Part shown: positions 46,126 through 55,742 of the stretch, in pieces | Position numbering within the stretch: position 1 is the first letter of the stretch | Layout of the letters: every line of letters starts with the position of its first letter | IMG/VR virus record: IMGVR_UViG_3300024054_000269 | Span: 32,001-96,000 of that record | Source: a virus | Length of the DNA: 64,000 bases | Strand: one strand, 5' to 3' | Notes under the pieces: model-generated | Databases searched by the model: none | What the model saw: only the letters and a program-made list of their open reading frames with translations | Told to the model about the DNA's origin: nothing | Translations under genes and position numbers: made by a program

Positions 46126-49100
46126 ATGGCGAACGCACCCCTGTTTACTCTTCCTGACGGTTCTGGCCAAGAACAAAACTTGACCATAACTACAAATCTG
46201 TTTTCTATGTTTTTGAATGGAACAGTAGATTCAAGCACAATTGATATTCAAATAAACGTTAACGAAGCAGGTTTTGTGTCAGATCCAAGTTTGGTTGATT
46301 TATCGGTTCCAGATTTCACAATTCCGAATCCAAACAGCTTTCCAGATGGTTTGTCGTTAGAAAAAGGTTACAACATAGTTAAAATAAGAGCCATAGACAT
46401 AAGTGGAAGTGTTAGCGCTGTATCAACTGTAACAATAAATGTTGTGTCAACCAATGATTTAACAACTATTCCAACAACACCGAATGGTGTGTCAATCCAG
46501 AGACAGGCCGATTCTGTTGATATTAAATGGTCGTCTCCGATTGAAATAAACTCTATGACTTTTAACACCAGCGATGATTCACCAATAAGTGGTTATAATG
46601 TTTATGCTTCAACTGGTTCTGGCGGCACTTTGTCTGGATATTTAAGGTTAAATAAAGATATAATACCGTCTAGTAATCCAATTGAAACAACTCTTGAAGA
46701 ATTAAGCACAACTGAATATGAATTTGATATAAATGACAATGATTCAAATACTATAAGAGTTGTGGCCGATCTTATAAATCCAGCCACAAACGCGATAATC
46801 AGGAGAGTCAGTACTAACACATTTTCATTGTTGAATTCACCACAAAATAGATATAAGACGTCTGTTTCTGAACTTTCAGAAACAAAAACTTATTCATTCA
46901 AACACGATCGAAGAGATGGTACATCCAAAGGAATACTGAACGCTGATGTGTGGCAAGCAGTTAATAATGACTCTCCAATATATTATGTAATAACATCAGT
47001 TGTGTTTGATAAAACTAAAGGTCTTTATACGGAAAGCAAATTCAGTCAAGAATTAGTTGGGACACCGTTACCAATTGACAGATTTATACGCGGCATAAGA
47101 ATACGTGATCAGAGACAAATAACACAAGATTATATAACAGAGATTTCGAGAGTTCAGCCAACTTTATCTCTAATACCTGGATCAACAATTCGTGAAGTAC
47201 ACATAGAACCATTTTCGAACGAATCGCAAAAAATTTATTTTTTGCTTGATTTTGTGCATAGATCAAAGTCTTTTGCAGCTTTGCTTTCTATCGATGATCC
47301 TGGAAGAACAAATTCTAGCATACCTGTAGCCAATTCTCCGTACAAACAAGCTCTTAGGACAGCTCTTGCAATAGAAGACGATGCCACCGTGCAAGCGTTA
47401 ATTAACGGTGCGTTTGAATCATTAGCCGGAAATTTTGGCATAGAACGAGCCGGAAGACGTCCAGCTGTTGTTACACAAATTTTTTATACAACTAGCAGGC
47501 CAACTAAAGACCTTTTTGTGCAACAAGGAGCTATTGTATCTTCATCTGTTGATTCATCGGCACCGAGATTCAGAGCCAACGGTTCTGTTATGATAGAAGT
47601 TGATAATGTTGATTCATTTTACAACGCAAACAGAGGAAGATACGAAGTTAAAATCCAAATGGTTGCAGAAACCCCAGGATCAATAGGAAATGTTCCTGCC
47701 AAGACGTTAGATACAGTTTCGTCTGGGGCTGATGGTTTGCTTACAATAAATGAGATAGCCGCCGATTTTGGTAGAGACGAAGCTAGCAATCTAGAACTAG
47801 CAGAAGAAGCTAGCAGAAAGCTTGTGTCACTTGATACTGGGACTGAAGGCGGCTATAGAAACATAGCCATATCAACGCCTGGTGTTCTTGAAGTTAGAAT
47901 TATTAAATCTGGTGACACGGCTATGATGAGGGATTGGGACCCGATCAGAAAAAAACATGTTGGAGGGAAAGTAGACATATTTGTAAAAGGAACAATTGAA
48001 AGAACCGTATCGGAAACCTTTGCATTTCAATTTAATATCGCAAATAATGTTAGATTTGATGTTATAGACGCAACAAATTTAATATTCAGGGCGCGTGATT
48101 CTAGGTTATCAGAAGATAACCCAATAGCAGAGATGTTGTTTAATCCATCTCAGAATCTTGGACTCAGAAATCAATCAATATCGCCTGTTGTTTCTTATGA
48201 TCTAACTGGGGTTAGCATCATTGACTATAAAACAATTCAGTTAAGTACAGCAATACCACAACCTTCAACGTCAACAGATGATTTTATTGAAGGTGATTAC
48301 AGATTTAGGAGCAATACTAAATTTATTCCAAATCTTCAACCAATCGAAAGAGTTGTATCAGTAGTAGGAGAAGTTTCTGGTTCATTAGATCAAGATGACG
48401 GATTCAAAGTTTATAGAACTGAAGACCCGTTACTAAACGGATTTAGTACAGCTGCGTCAGACAGTATAGAAATAATCCAAGTTGACGACATTCCAACTGG
48501 CGAATCAATCGTTATAAACGATGAACAACACATATTGATTGGACAAATAGAAGAACCACTAAACTCAGTTGGTATAAATACATTCACAATTGCGGTGTTT
48601 AATGAAGACAGAAGCCGGCAATTCCTTGGGCCAGACAATCCGAATCCTGATTATTTGATAATTGGTGGTTCACAGACTGAACCAGTAAAGATAGTAAGAA
48701 CAGCAACTTCTGGCATAGCAAATGGTGAAACTGTATCGATTGATTATGAACATGATGAGAACTTCACAGTTACATATGTTATAAATGATGTTTTGCAAAG
48801 AGTTCAAAGTCAAATAAATATATCAAAACATATAACTGCTGATGTTATTGTTAAAAAAGCAGTTGAAAATCCGATGTCAATTGAGGGAACAGTACAACTT
48901 TTACCGAACGCTGACAAAGCAAGAGTTGACATAGACGTACGAACCGCTTATACAATATTAACCGATTCTAAGGGTGTCGGTGGTGACATACATATTTCTG
49001 ATGTTGTAGCAGTAATAGATGACACAAAAGGTGTTGATTTTATAGTTCAGCCATTTGCTAAGATGACATTGCAAAATGGTGCGTTAAGAATACGAGAAGA

Positions 49101-49587
49101 AATTGCAAATGATGTTGATGAGATTCTGTCTCTTAGTAAATTTGCTAATAAAGTTTGGGTTTTGACACAACCATTACCATTTAATACAATTGATAAAGGA
49201 GGTGACGAATTCATACACCACGGCGTGTTTAAAGATGGTTTAATAATGTCCGAAGCTCGTTCTTTACAGGATCTTGGTGAAGGTGAAAATCGAGCGTTTA
49301 TAGTTGGTAAAGATGGTGCTATCATTGATGGTTATTCTGATGATTCAACTTTGACATCTGCTGGGTTTAACGATGTTGATGAAATAGAAGCTGAGAGATT
49401 AAGAAGAACAGCAAACCATGTGTTTATCTCATTGAATGTCGGAATTGATCCGCCAGATGACCCGTCTTACCATTCATTTTCTGCAACTTATGTCGTTGAA
49501 AATGATGTCGGTCAGAAAGACATCGAAATTTCTGAGATCGAATTCCTGACCAGTGGCGATTTGACACTCGTGTATAGAGAAGCATAA
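46126..49587 (+). CDS. Baseplate J-like wedge protein (T4 gp6 / P2 gpJ-like)
   Basis: NFGIERAGRRPA...QMVAETPGSIGNVPA...FGRDEASNLEL...DTGTEGGYRNIAISTPGVLEV. Confidence 0.8.
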   Translation: MANAPLFTLPDGSGQEQNLTITTNLFSMFLNGTVDSSTIDIQINVNEAGFVSDPSLVDLSVPDFTIPNPNSFPDGLSLEKGYNIVKIRAIDISGSVSAVSTVTINVVSTNDLTTIPTTPNGVSIQRQADSVDIKWSSPIEINSMTFNTSDDSPISGYNVYASTGSGGTLSGYLRLNKDIIPSSNPIETTLEELSTTEYEFDINDNDSNTIRVVADLINPATNAIIRRVSTNTFSLLNSPQNRYKTSVSELSETKTYSFKHDRRDGTSKGILNADVWQAVNNDSPIYYVITSVVFDKTKGLYTESKFSQELVGTPLPIDRFIRGIRIRDQRQITQDYITEISRVQPTLSLIPGSTIREVHIEPFSNESQKIYFLLDFVHRSKSFAALLSIDDPGRTNSSIPVANSPYKQALRTALAIEDDATVQALINGAFESLAGNFGIERAGRRPAVVTQIFYTTSRPTKDLFVQQGAIVSSSVDSSAPRFRANGSVMIEVDNVDSFYNANRGRYEVKIQMVAETPGSIGNVPAKTLDTVSSGADGLLTINEIAADFGRDEASNLELAEEASRKLVSLDTGTEGGYRNIAISTPGVLEVRIIKSGDTAMMRDWDPIRKKHVGGKVDIFVKGTIERTVSETFAFQFNIANNVRFDVIDATNLIFRARDSRLSEDNPIAEMLFNPSQNLGLRNQSISPVVSYDLTGVSIIDYKTIQLSTAIPQPSTSTDDFIEGDYRFRSNTKFIPNLQPIERVVSVVGEVSGSLDQDDGFKVYRTEDPLLNGFSTAASDSIEIIQVDDIPTGESIVINDEQHILIGQIEEPLNSVGINTFTIAVFNEDRSRQFLGPDNPNPDYLIIGGSQTEPVKIVRTATSGIANGETVSIDYEHDENFTVTYVINDVLQRVQSQINISKHITADVIVKKAVENPMSIEGTVQLLPNADKARVDIDVRTAYTILTDSKGVGGDIHISDVVAVIDDTKGVDFIVQPFAKMTLQNGALRIREEIANDVDEILSLSKFANKVWVLTQPLPFNTIDKGGDEFIHHGVFKDGLIMSEARSLQDLGEGENRAFIVGKDGAIIDGYSDDSTLTSAGFNDVDEIEAERLRRTANHVFISLNVGIDPPDDPSYHSFSATYVVENDVGQKDIEISEIEFLTSGDLTLVYREA

Positions 49588-50414
49588 TGGCTATAACTAA
49601 AAAAGTTAACTTTTCAGATTATAACACTGGTGAACAGTATTTAAATCAACTTAATGACGCAGCGAATCGAAATTTGCAAATTTTCATGAGATTATTATCA
49701 AGTTATTTTTTATCAAGAATTGACGGACCAAATTATGTAAGACATCTTAAATCAATGGCTATTGAAGTTTCAAGAGTCAGGCTAGCCTTAGAAGAAATAA
49801 GAACTGACGCTTATTACACATCAACTCGCGGTGAATTTCTATATCAAATTTTAGTATCAATTCTATTCCCAGATGAAGTTCCTGATCCAAAGCTTGGTGA
49901 TATAGATTTTAAAGATTTTTTAAATGAAATAGTAGATATTTATTTTCAAGGCAGCATACCACCATCAATAAAACGAGTTGTTGAGTTGCTTACTAAAAAT
50001 GCAAACATTGTTATCAGTGAAAATTTTGAATTAGCTAAAAAACCGGGGGCAAAACTCGATATCTCAGATCAATTTGGATTTAATATAGATATTATTTTAA
50101 ATGGTTCTATTGATTTTGATTTGTTCTTAGCTGACAAGAACATAAGAATATTATTAAATATAATAAGACCAGCACATACTTTATACAGACTTAGGTACAT
50201 AATGGGCGATGAATATTTTGGTAATCAACTTGATCCTAACACTGGCGAAATAGACACAAGGTTAAAAAAAGTTACGGACAGTTTAAGGTCGTCTTTAGAC
50301 TCGTATTCTTATGAAGATTTCAGGAAATTTGTTGAGGGTGTTGAAGGAATAGATACTTTAGGAACAAAGAAATCAAAATCAATTATTTTAGAATCACATT
50401 CGGCAGATTTTTAA
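49587..50414 (+). CDS. Baseplate wedge protein (P2 gpI / YmfQ-like)
   Basis: TAATG coupling after gpJ; YFQGSIPPSIKRVV...LLNIIRPAHTLY motif. Confidence 0.6.
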   Translation: MAITKKVNFSDYNTGEQYLNQLNDAANRNLQIFMRLLSSYFLSRIDGPNYVRHLKSMAIEVSRVRLALEEIRTDAYYTSTRGEFLYQILVSILFPDEVPDPKLGDIDFKDFLNEIVDIYFQGSIPPSIKRVVELLTKNANIVISENFELAKKPGAKLDISDQFGFNIDIILNGSIDFDLFLADKNIRILLNIIRPAHTLYRLRYIMGDEYFGNQLDPNTGEIDTRLKKVTDSLRSSLDSYSYEDFRKFVEGVEGIDTLGTKKSKSIILESHSADF

Positions 50415-50438
50415 ATTGAAATAATTCTGGAGTCCTAA

Positions 50439-52547
50439 TTGACCTGCAAAGGTGAGGTCGATTACGACATGTCTGTAGAAGCTCTAATAAAATTTACTCA
50501 GGGGTTTACGACGGACGTAGCTGGCAGAGCAGTTGCTGGGTCTATTAGTATACCAGTTGACATAACAAATGGTGATGATACTGGCGTAGATTTTTGGGAA
50601 TTTACCCTTTTAGACGTTCCGCCAGGAAGCATAACATCGACTGGGGTTAAGAGTTCTGGGGCATCGCCAACTGTTTCGTTTACACCAGATGCAACTGGTT
50701 GCTACAGATGGAAATTAACTGTCAGAAATTCAACGACAGGTGAAACTGATACTGATATAAGAAATTTTGGAGCACCTAATAATCGAGGATGGATAATACC
50801 ATCATATCAGAAGAATCCAGACCCGATAGATATTAGCATAAAACCTGACGAATTAAATTTTACTAATCAATTAAGAGGTTGGGCTGGTAATGGAGTTGAA
50901 GGTCTTTTAGTATACATATTAAATGATATTTTTTCCAATGGATTTGCTGGTGGTATAGGGACTGGATATTTAACAGTTCAAAATGAAGGTATAGCATTAA
51001 TACAACAAAATACTCTCAATTTTGTTGGTCCTGGCGTAAATGCATCAGATGATACAATCAGAACAAAAATTGAAGTTTATGAAGCAAGTGCTGTTCAATC
51101 TGGAACTATAAATTTAACGCAAGATTTAGCTGGAACTGCCACATTACCACAAGTTGTTGGATTACGAACTGTTGATCTTCACTCATCTGTTAGTATACCG
51201 AACAATAATGATGTATTGGTTTATGATTCTGGTCTTTTAGCGTATAAAGCAGCTGTACAACCAGGTGGTGATGCAGTTTCGTTAAGAAGCATAAATTTAG
51301 ACGCCGTTACGGTCGGTTCACCAACAACTAATAATATAATAACATTTGATGGAACTGATTATGTTGCTGGACCGTTGAATTTATCTGGCGGAACAGCCGC
51401 AGTGTCAGGGACTTTGCCAGTCATTCGTGGTGGAACTGGATTGGGCGCTCTAGGGTCCGCCAATGAAATATTAAAGGTAAACGCCTTAGGTACAAATCTT
51501 GAATATGGGTTTTTGGCAAATGCTAATGTATCTGCAGTTGCAGCCATAGATACAAGTAAACTTGCCCTAGCTCCAACAAACCCGGGGGATGACACAAAGG
51601 TTGCTTATGCTTCCGGTGGCGACATTTTGTATGCTAGCGGCATAACAACAGATGGAACAAATTTAACTGTAAGCGGCAAGTTAACAGTTGGTGGTTTAAT
51701 AGATCCAACCGGTTTAGTACTTGACCCGCAAGCTGCTTCACCAGGAACAGGAACGTTGTGGGTAAAAACCACAGTACCAACAACAATTGTTTTTACAAAT
51801 AGCGTCGGTACTGACACAACTTTAGGTGCGGGCGGTGGTGGACTTACACCACCAACAAATCCAGGAGATGATAACGCAATTCCGTTCGCATTAAGCGGAG
51901 ACTTGTCTTATTCAACAACTTGGCATTTGTACGGAACCCAAATGGATGTTTGGGACGATGGTTCTGAAATTTATTGTTCTGGCGGTGAATTTACGGTTCG
52001 TGCTGATACTTGGATGTACGTAAGCGGTGGTGTTGGAGAGGGTGTTATATTACAAACTAGTAACGGAACTATTGATTTGGCTAAATTCACAAATACTGAG
52101 ACCAAATTTTATAAACCAGACATCAATTTTGATACAACCGCTGGTACAATGTTCATAGATTTCGATCCGTTGACAGCTCCTACAGGTGCTCCACAATTTG
52201 GTATACCAAATTCAATTTATATGCAAGCACAGCATGCTGGCGCTGGTGGTGGTGCCGGTGGTGAAATTGTGTTCACTGCAGGTAATGGTAACGGAGGACA
52301 AGGCGGATTTTGTCAGTTAAAAGCATCGAGCACGGGAACAACCCCTGGGTTCGTACGTCTGTCTGTTGGTGCAACTAATGTTTTTGAAGTTGGTGGGTCA
52401 GCTGGAGCAAACTCAATTGGTTTTTATGGAACCACTCCCGTAACTAAACCAACTGTGTCTGGATCACGCAGTGGTAACGCTGCACTTGCTAGTTTGCTGA
52501 CGGCCCTGTCCGGACAGGGTTTACTAACAGACTCAACGACTGCATAA
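50439..52547 (+). CDS. Tail fibre protein (start 50439 TTG or 50469 ATG)
   Basis: Gly/Thr-rich, internal PTNPGDD duplication; C-terminal IGFYGTTPV...GNAALASLLTALSGQGLLTDSTT fibre-tip motif. Confidence 0.7.
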   Translation: MTCKGEVDYDMSVEALIKFTQGFTTDVAGRAVAGSISIPVDITNGDDTGVDFWEFTLLDVPPGSITSTGVKSSGASPTVSFTPDATGCYRWKLTVRNSTTGETDTDIRNFGAPNNRGWIIPSYQKNPDPIDISIKPDELNFTNQLRGWAGNGVEGLLVYILNDIFSNGFAGGIGTGYLTVQNEGIALIQQNTLNFVGPGVNASDDTIRTKIEVYEASAVQSGTINLTQDLAGTATLPQVVGLRTVDLHSSVSIPNNNDVLVYDSGLLAYKAAVQPGGDAVSLRSINLDAVTVGSPTTNNIITFDGTDYVAGPLNLSGGTAAVSGTLPVIRGGTGLGALGSANEILKVNALGTNLEYGFLANANVSAVAAIDTSKLALAPTNPGDDTKVAYASGGDILYASGITTDGTNLTVSGKLTVGGLIDPTGLVLDPQAASPGTGTLWVKTTVPTTIVFTNSVGTDTTLGAGGGGLTPPTNPGDDNAIPFALSGDLSYSTTWHLYGTQMDVWDDGSEIYCSGGEFTVRADTWMYVSGGVGEGVILQTSNGTIDLAKFTNTETKFYKPDINFDTTAGTMFIDFDPLTAPTGAPQFGIPNSIYMQAQHAGAGGGAGGEIVFTAGNGNGGQGGFCQLKASSTGTTPGFVRLSVGATNVFEVGGSAGANSIGFYGTTPVTKPTVSGSRSGNAALASLLTALSGQGLLTDSTTA

Positions 52548-52560
52548 CGTAGAGTATGCT

Positions 52561-52962
52561 ATGGTCGAAAAATTAAGCATAACAATTCCAGAATCTGTCA
52601 CTATAGGAAATGTTGGTTCCATATCATTTTATGAATTTATACGATTTCTTTGTTCTAGAGATCAAAGATTTCTTGGGTCGGCAAACAGAGTCAGAATGGG
52701 CGTAAAAATAGAATCTTTGTTTAAAGATAAAGAACCTGGTTCTATTGTTGACGTTGAACAAAGTGATTTTAATTTATTGTTAAAAGTTGCGACAGAACCA
52801 GCATGTGGGTATCCAAGATTAGACATAATAAGACAAAATGGTCAACGTGATACTGTGTTAACTGATAGAGCAATTATGGTATATGTTGAAGCCATTGAAA
52901 ATGCTGAAGTTGCTGAAGTTGCTGAAGTAGAACAAATAGAAAATAACGGAGGCGATGTTTAA
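52561..52962 (+). CDS. Putative tail fibre assembly chaperone
   Basis: Small acidic gene directly after the fibre; synteny only. Confidence 0.45.
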   Translation: MVEKLSITIPESVTIGNVGSISFYEFIRFLCSRDQRFLGSANRVRMGVKIESLFKDKEPGSIVDVEQSDFNLLLKVATEPACGYPRLDIIRQNGQRDTVLTDRAIMVYVEAIENAEVAEVAEVEQIENNGGDV

Positions 52963-55742
52963 TGCCATCCGGCGGATGGGGCGGTTTATTCGGCGGCGGG
53001 CCTTGGGGAGGCTCTGGCGGCGTGCCTGGTGTTGAATTTGTAGCCCATGTTATAAGTTCAACAGAATTGCGTTTAAAATTTGAAGCACGCGTTGAAGACG
53101 ACGGGAATCCGACAGACATAACAAACTACATTTTAGATTCATTTGAGCCATTTGGTACATATTATTTACCTAATATTTTGTCAGTTAAATTCGATGACCC
53201 TGGAAATAGAGCTATAATAATAACCTTCGAAAAATCATTAACTTTGAATAAAACTTACAGAATACAAGCTTTAAATTTGAAGACCGCAATTGGTGGATTA
53301 GACATATCAGGATTACCGCATAGTTTTTTATCAACAGTTCCAGACCCGCCAAGGGCGCTAACATCTCATATTAGTGGCCTTGACACGATAGACATTGTAT
53401 TTGATAGATCAGTTGGTCCAACTTCGTCTTCAGCAACTGCCTCCATAAGACCGTCTGGTTCAACTGGACCTGGAACATTACTAACTTTAGTTCCATATGT
53501 TGCGTCTATTCCTGAAGATCATATCAGATTTACATTAAATCCATTAATGGTATCGGCAAATTCTCATGAAATTGTGTTTTCCGATGTTGTAGATGAATCA
53601 TTAAACGTTGGTACAAATGAAGTTGATTTGAATTTGAAGTTAAGGGCTCCATCACCGTTTGGGTATTCTGAGATAACTCAAGCACAAATCATAGGAGCAA
53701 CTGTAAACAGAGTCAACAACGATTATTTAGTTGGAACTTATTTATTAGTTTATTTTAATGTTCCAATGCTTCCTTCTGATATCACAAATTCTGCAAATTG
53801 GTCAATTTCAACACCAGGTTCTAATGTTATTCCTGATACAAGCAATACACTACTGCTAAATCCTTTAGTAGACCCGCTAGTGAATGTAGCAAATGAATTT
53901 AAAACAAATTTTAATAGTCACATAATTAAAACTGGCATACATGTTACAAAAGAATTTACTAAAAATTTGACGTTTGCTGATTTAGTTGATGAATCAAATC
54001 TCATAACACTTTCGAATGATTTAAAGAGAAAATATGAAGCACATAGAACACAAAGTGGCGTTCATCCATTTGTGTTAACAAGATACAACGATTTGTCTAA
54101 TATAATAACATCCACAGATGCATATGATGTTGCTTCTTCGATAATTTTATTAAATGAAATTAAAACAAAATATAATCTGCATAGAGTAAACACTCTATTT
54201 CATATCGTTGCTGATACAACAAATATCGTAACTGCTGCTAACGCGGTTGACATAACAACGGCGGCGGCTTTGGCTGAACAAATAAAAAATAAACTAAATT
54301 ACCATAGAACTCAATCTGGTGTACACACATCAGATGATACAATAAATGTTGTTACAGCAGTTGATGCAGCATTATTTATAACTTCACCAACGGCAATTGA
54401 TACACAAACATCAATCGATATATGTAATGAAGCACAGAACAAATACTTGGCTCATTTGTCAAAATCTGGTTTTCACGTATTTGAAGATACAATTAATACG
54501 TATATACCACTTGTAGTTAATCCTGGGAATGTCCCGTTAGCCAGGGCAATTTTTGATCAATACCTGTATACTAATTTTAACATACACATAACTGATAGTT
54601 ATCAAGTAACAATAACTAATATAAGAAATGAGAATTTTGTACCATATGATCCATTTTATGACGTAGCAGAAGTTCGTGTTGATGTATTTGATACTAACAC
54701 ACCTTTTAATATCGAAGTAACGGCAAATAATTTGAACAGTTCTAGCATAACAAATCCAGCAAATTATTCTGGGTCTATTGGCATAGATTCTGCTCGTTCT
54801 ATTTCTAATCAATTTACCAGTAATTTAATTTCAAAAAATGAATTCAATATCAGATTTGATAAGAAAACACTTGCAATGAATATTGACCAGTTTGTTTTAA
54901 CTGATCCATCGATGTTAACCACTCCAATTTTATCGATTCAACAACGTTCTTCAGTACCAAACGCATTTTTTATGCTTGATCATTTAGCTGATGTATATGA
55001 AATACACAGAAACGCTGTTATACATTATACACCAGATGTTACAAATATAATAACTACTCTTGATAGACCATATTTGCCAGATTTGCAAATTATTATTAAT
55101 TCATCTAACCTCATAAAGGACATTATTAATGAACATTTTCAATCATCGAGTCATTTTTCACCGGATCAAAACTTAATAACGGCCCCGAATGCAACTGATT
55201 TAGATTCACTAATTGTTTTGTTATCAGACATGGAAACAAAATATTTAGAACACATAAAAAATCATATAGCACATAATGGAGAATCACTAGTTTATTATTC
55301 AACAGGTCTTTTTGATTCAATTTCTGTAGCTTTTCCAGATTTAGTAGACGATGAAGAATACACATTAAATTTTGATGCAACAACATCTGTCGTTGATAAC
55401 GCTGAAAACACAAAATTCGAATCGAATTTGGTTACTTCTGCGTCTTTCTTCGGAGTAACCCAGCCACCAGCCATAGCACCAGCCCTATCAGAAATAGGCA
55501 TTAAACCAACTTATGAAGAAGGAAAATATCTAACACCAGATTCTGTTTTGGGGTTTATTTCAAAACCATTAAGACAGAAAGAATTGACTTCGTCTAATAT
55601 TCAAATACCAAGTGTTATAATTAAAAATTTTACCTGGATAAGTAATAGGAGAATCGCAACGTTTATAACAAACATGCAAAATTCAACTTATAATTTTACT
55701 ATAACTGGCATAACTGATAAAGCTGGAAACGACATCTTGTAA
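52962..55742 (+). CDS. Virion protein with Ig-like domains and His-pair repeats (926 aa)
   Basis: Ig-like strands (ISSTELRLKF...ITNY...IIITFEKSLTLNKTYRI); about 9 His-pair repeats. Confidence 0.7.
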   Translation: MPSGGWGGLFGGGPWGGSGGVPGVEFVAHVISSTELRLKFEARVEDDGNPTDITNYILDSFEPFGTYYLPNILSVKFDDPGNRAIIITFEKSLTLNKTYRIQALNLKTAIGGLDISGLPHSFLSTVPDPPRALTSHISGLDTIDIVFDRSVGPTSSSATASIRPSGSTGPGTLLTLVPYVASIPEDHIRFTLNPLMVSANSHEIVFSDVVDESLNVGTNEVDLNLKLRAPSPFGYSEITQAQIIGATVNRVNNDYLVGTYLLVYFNVPMLPSDITNSANWSISTPGSNVIPDTSNTLLLNPLVDPLVNVANEFKTNFNSHIIKTGIHVTKEFTKNLTFADLVDESNLITLSNDLKRKYEAHRTQSGVHPFVLTRYNDLSNIITSTDAYDVASSIILLNEIKTKYNLHRVNTLFHIVADTTNIVTAANAVDITTAAALAEQIKNKLNYHRTQSGVHTSDDTINVVTAVDAALFITSPTAIDTQTSIDICNEAQNKYLAHLSKSGFHVFEDTINTYIPLVVNPGNVPLARAIFDQYLYTNFNIHITDSYQVTITNIRNENFVPYDPFYDVAEVRVDVFDTNTPFNIEVTANNLNSSSITNPANYSGSIGIDSARSISNQFTSNLISKNEFNIRFDKKTLAMNIDQFVLTDPSMLTTPILSIQQRSSVPNAFFMLDHLADVYEIHRNAVIHYTPDVTNIITTLDRPYLPDLQIIINSSNLIKDIINEHFQSSSHFSPDQNLITAPNATDLDSLIVLLSDMETKYLEHIKNHIAHNGESLVYYSTGLFDSISVAFPDLVDDEEYTLNFDATTSVVDNAENTKFESNLVTSASFFGVTQPPAIAPALSEIGIKPTYEEGKYLTPDSVLGFISKPLRQKELTSSNIQIPSVIIKNFTWISNRRIATFITNMQNSTYNFTITGITDKAGNDIL
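53878..55285 (+). repeat. His-pair repeat blocks: 5 full + 1 partial (53878-~54590) and 3 degenerate (54960-55285)
   Basis: NEFKTNFNSHIIKTGIH, NDLKRKYEAHRTQSGVH, NEIKTKYNLHRVNTLFH, EQIKNKLNYHRTQSGVH, NEAQNKYLAHLSKSGFH; later YEIHRNAVIH, NEHFQSSSH, YLEHIKNHIAH. Confidence 0.85.
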
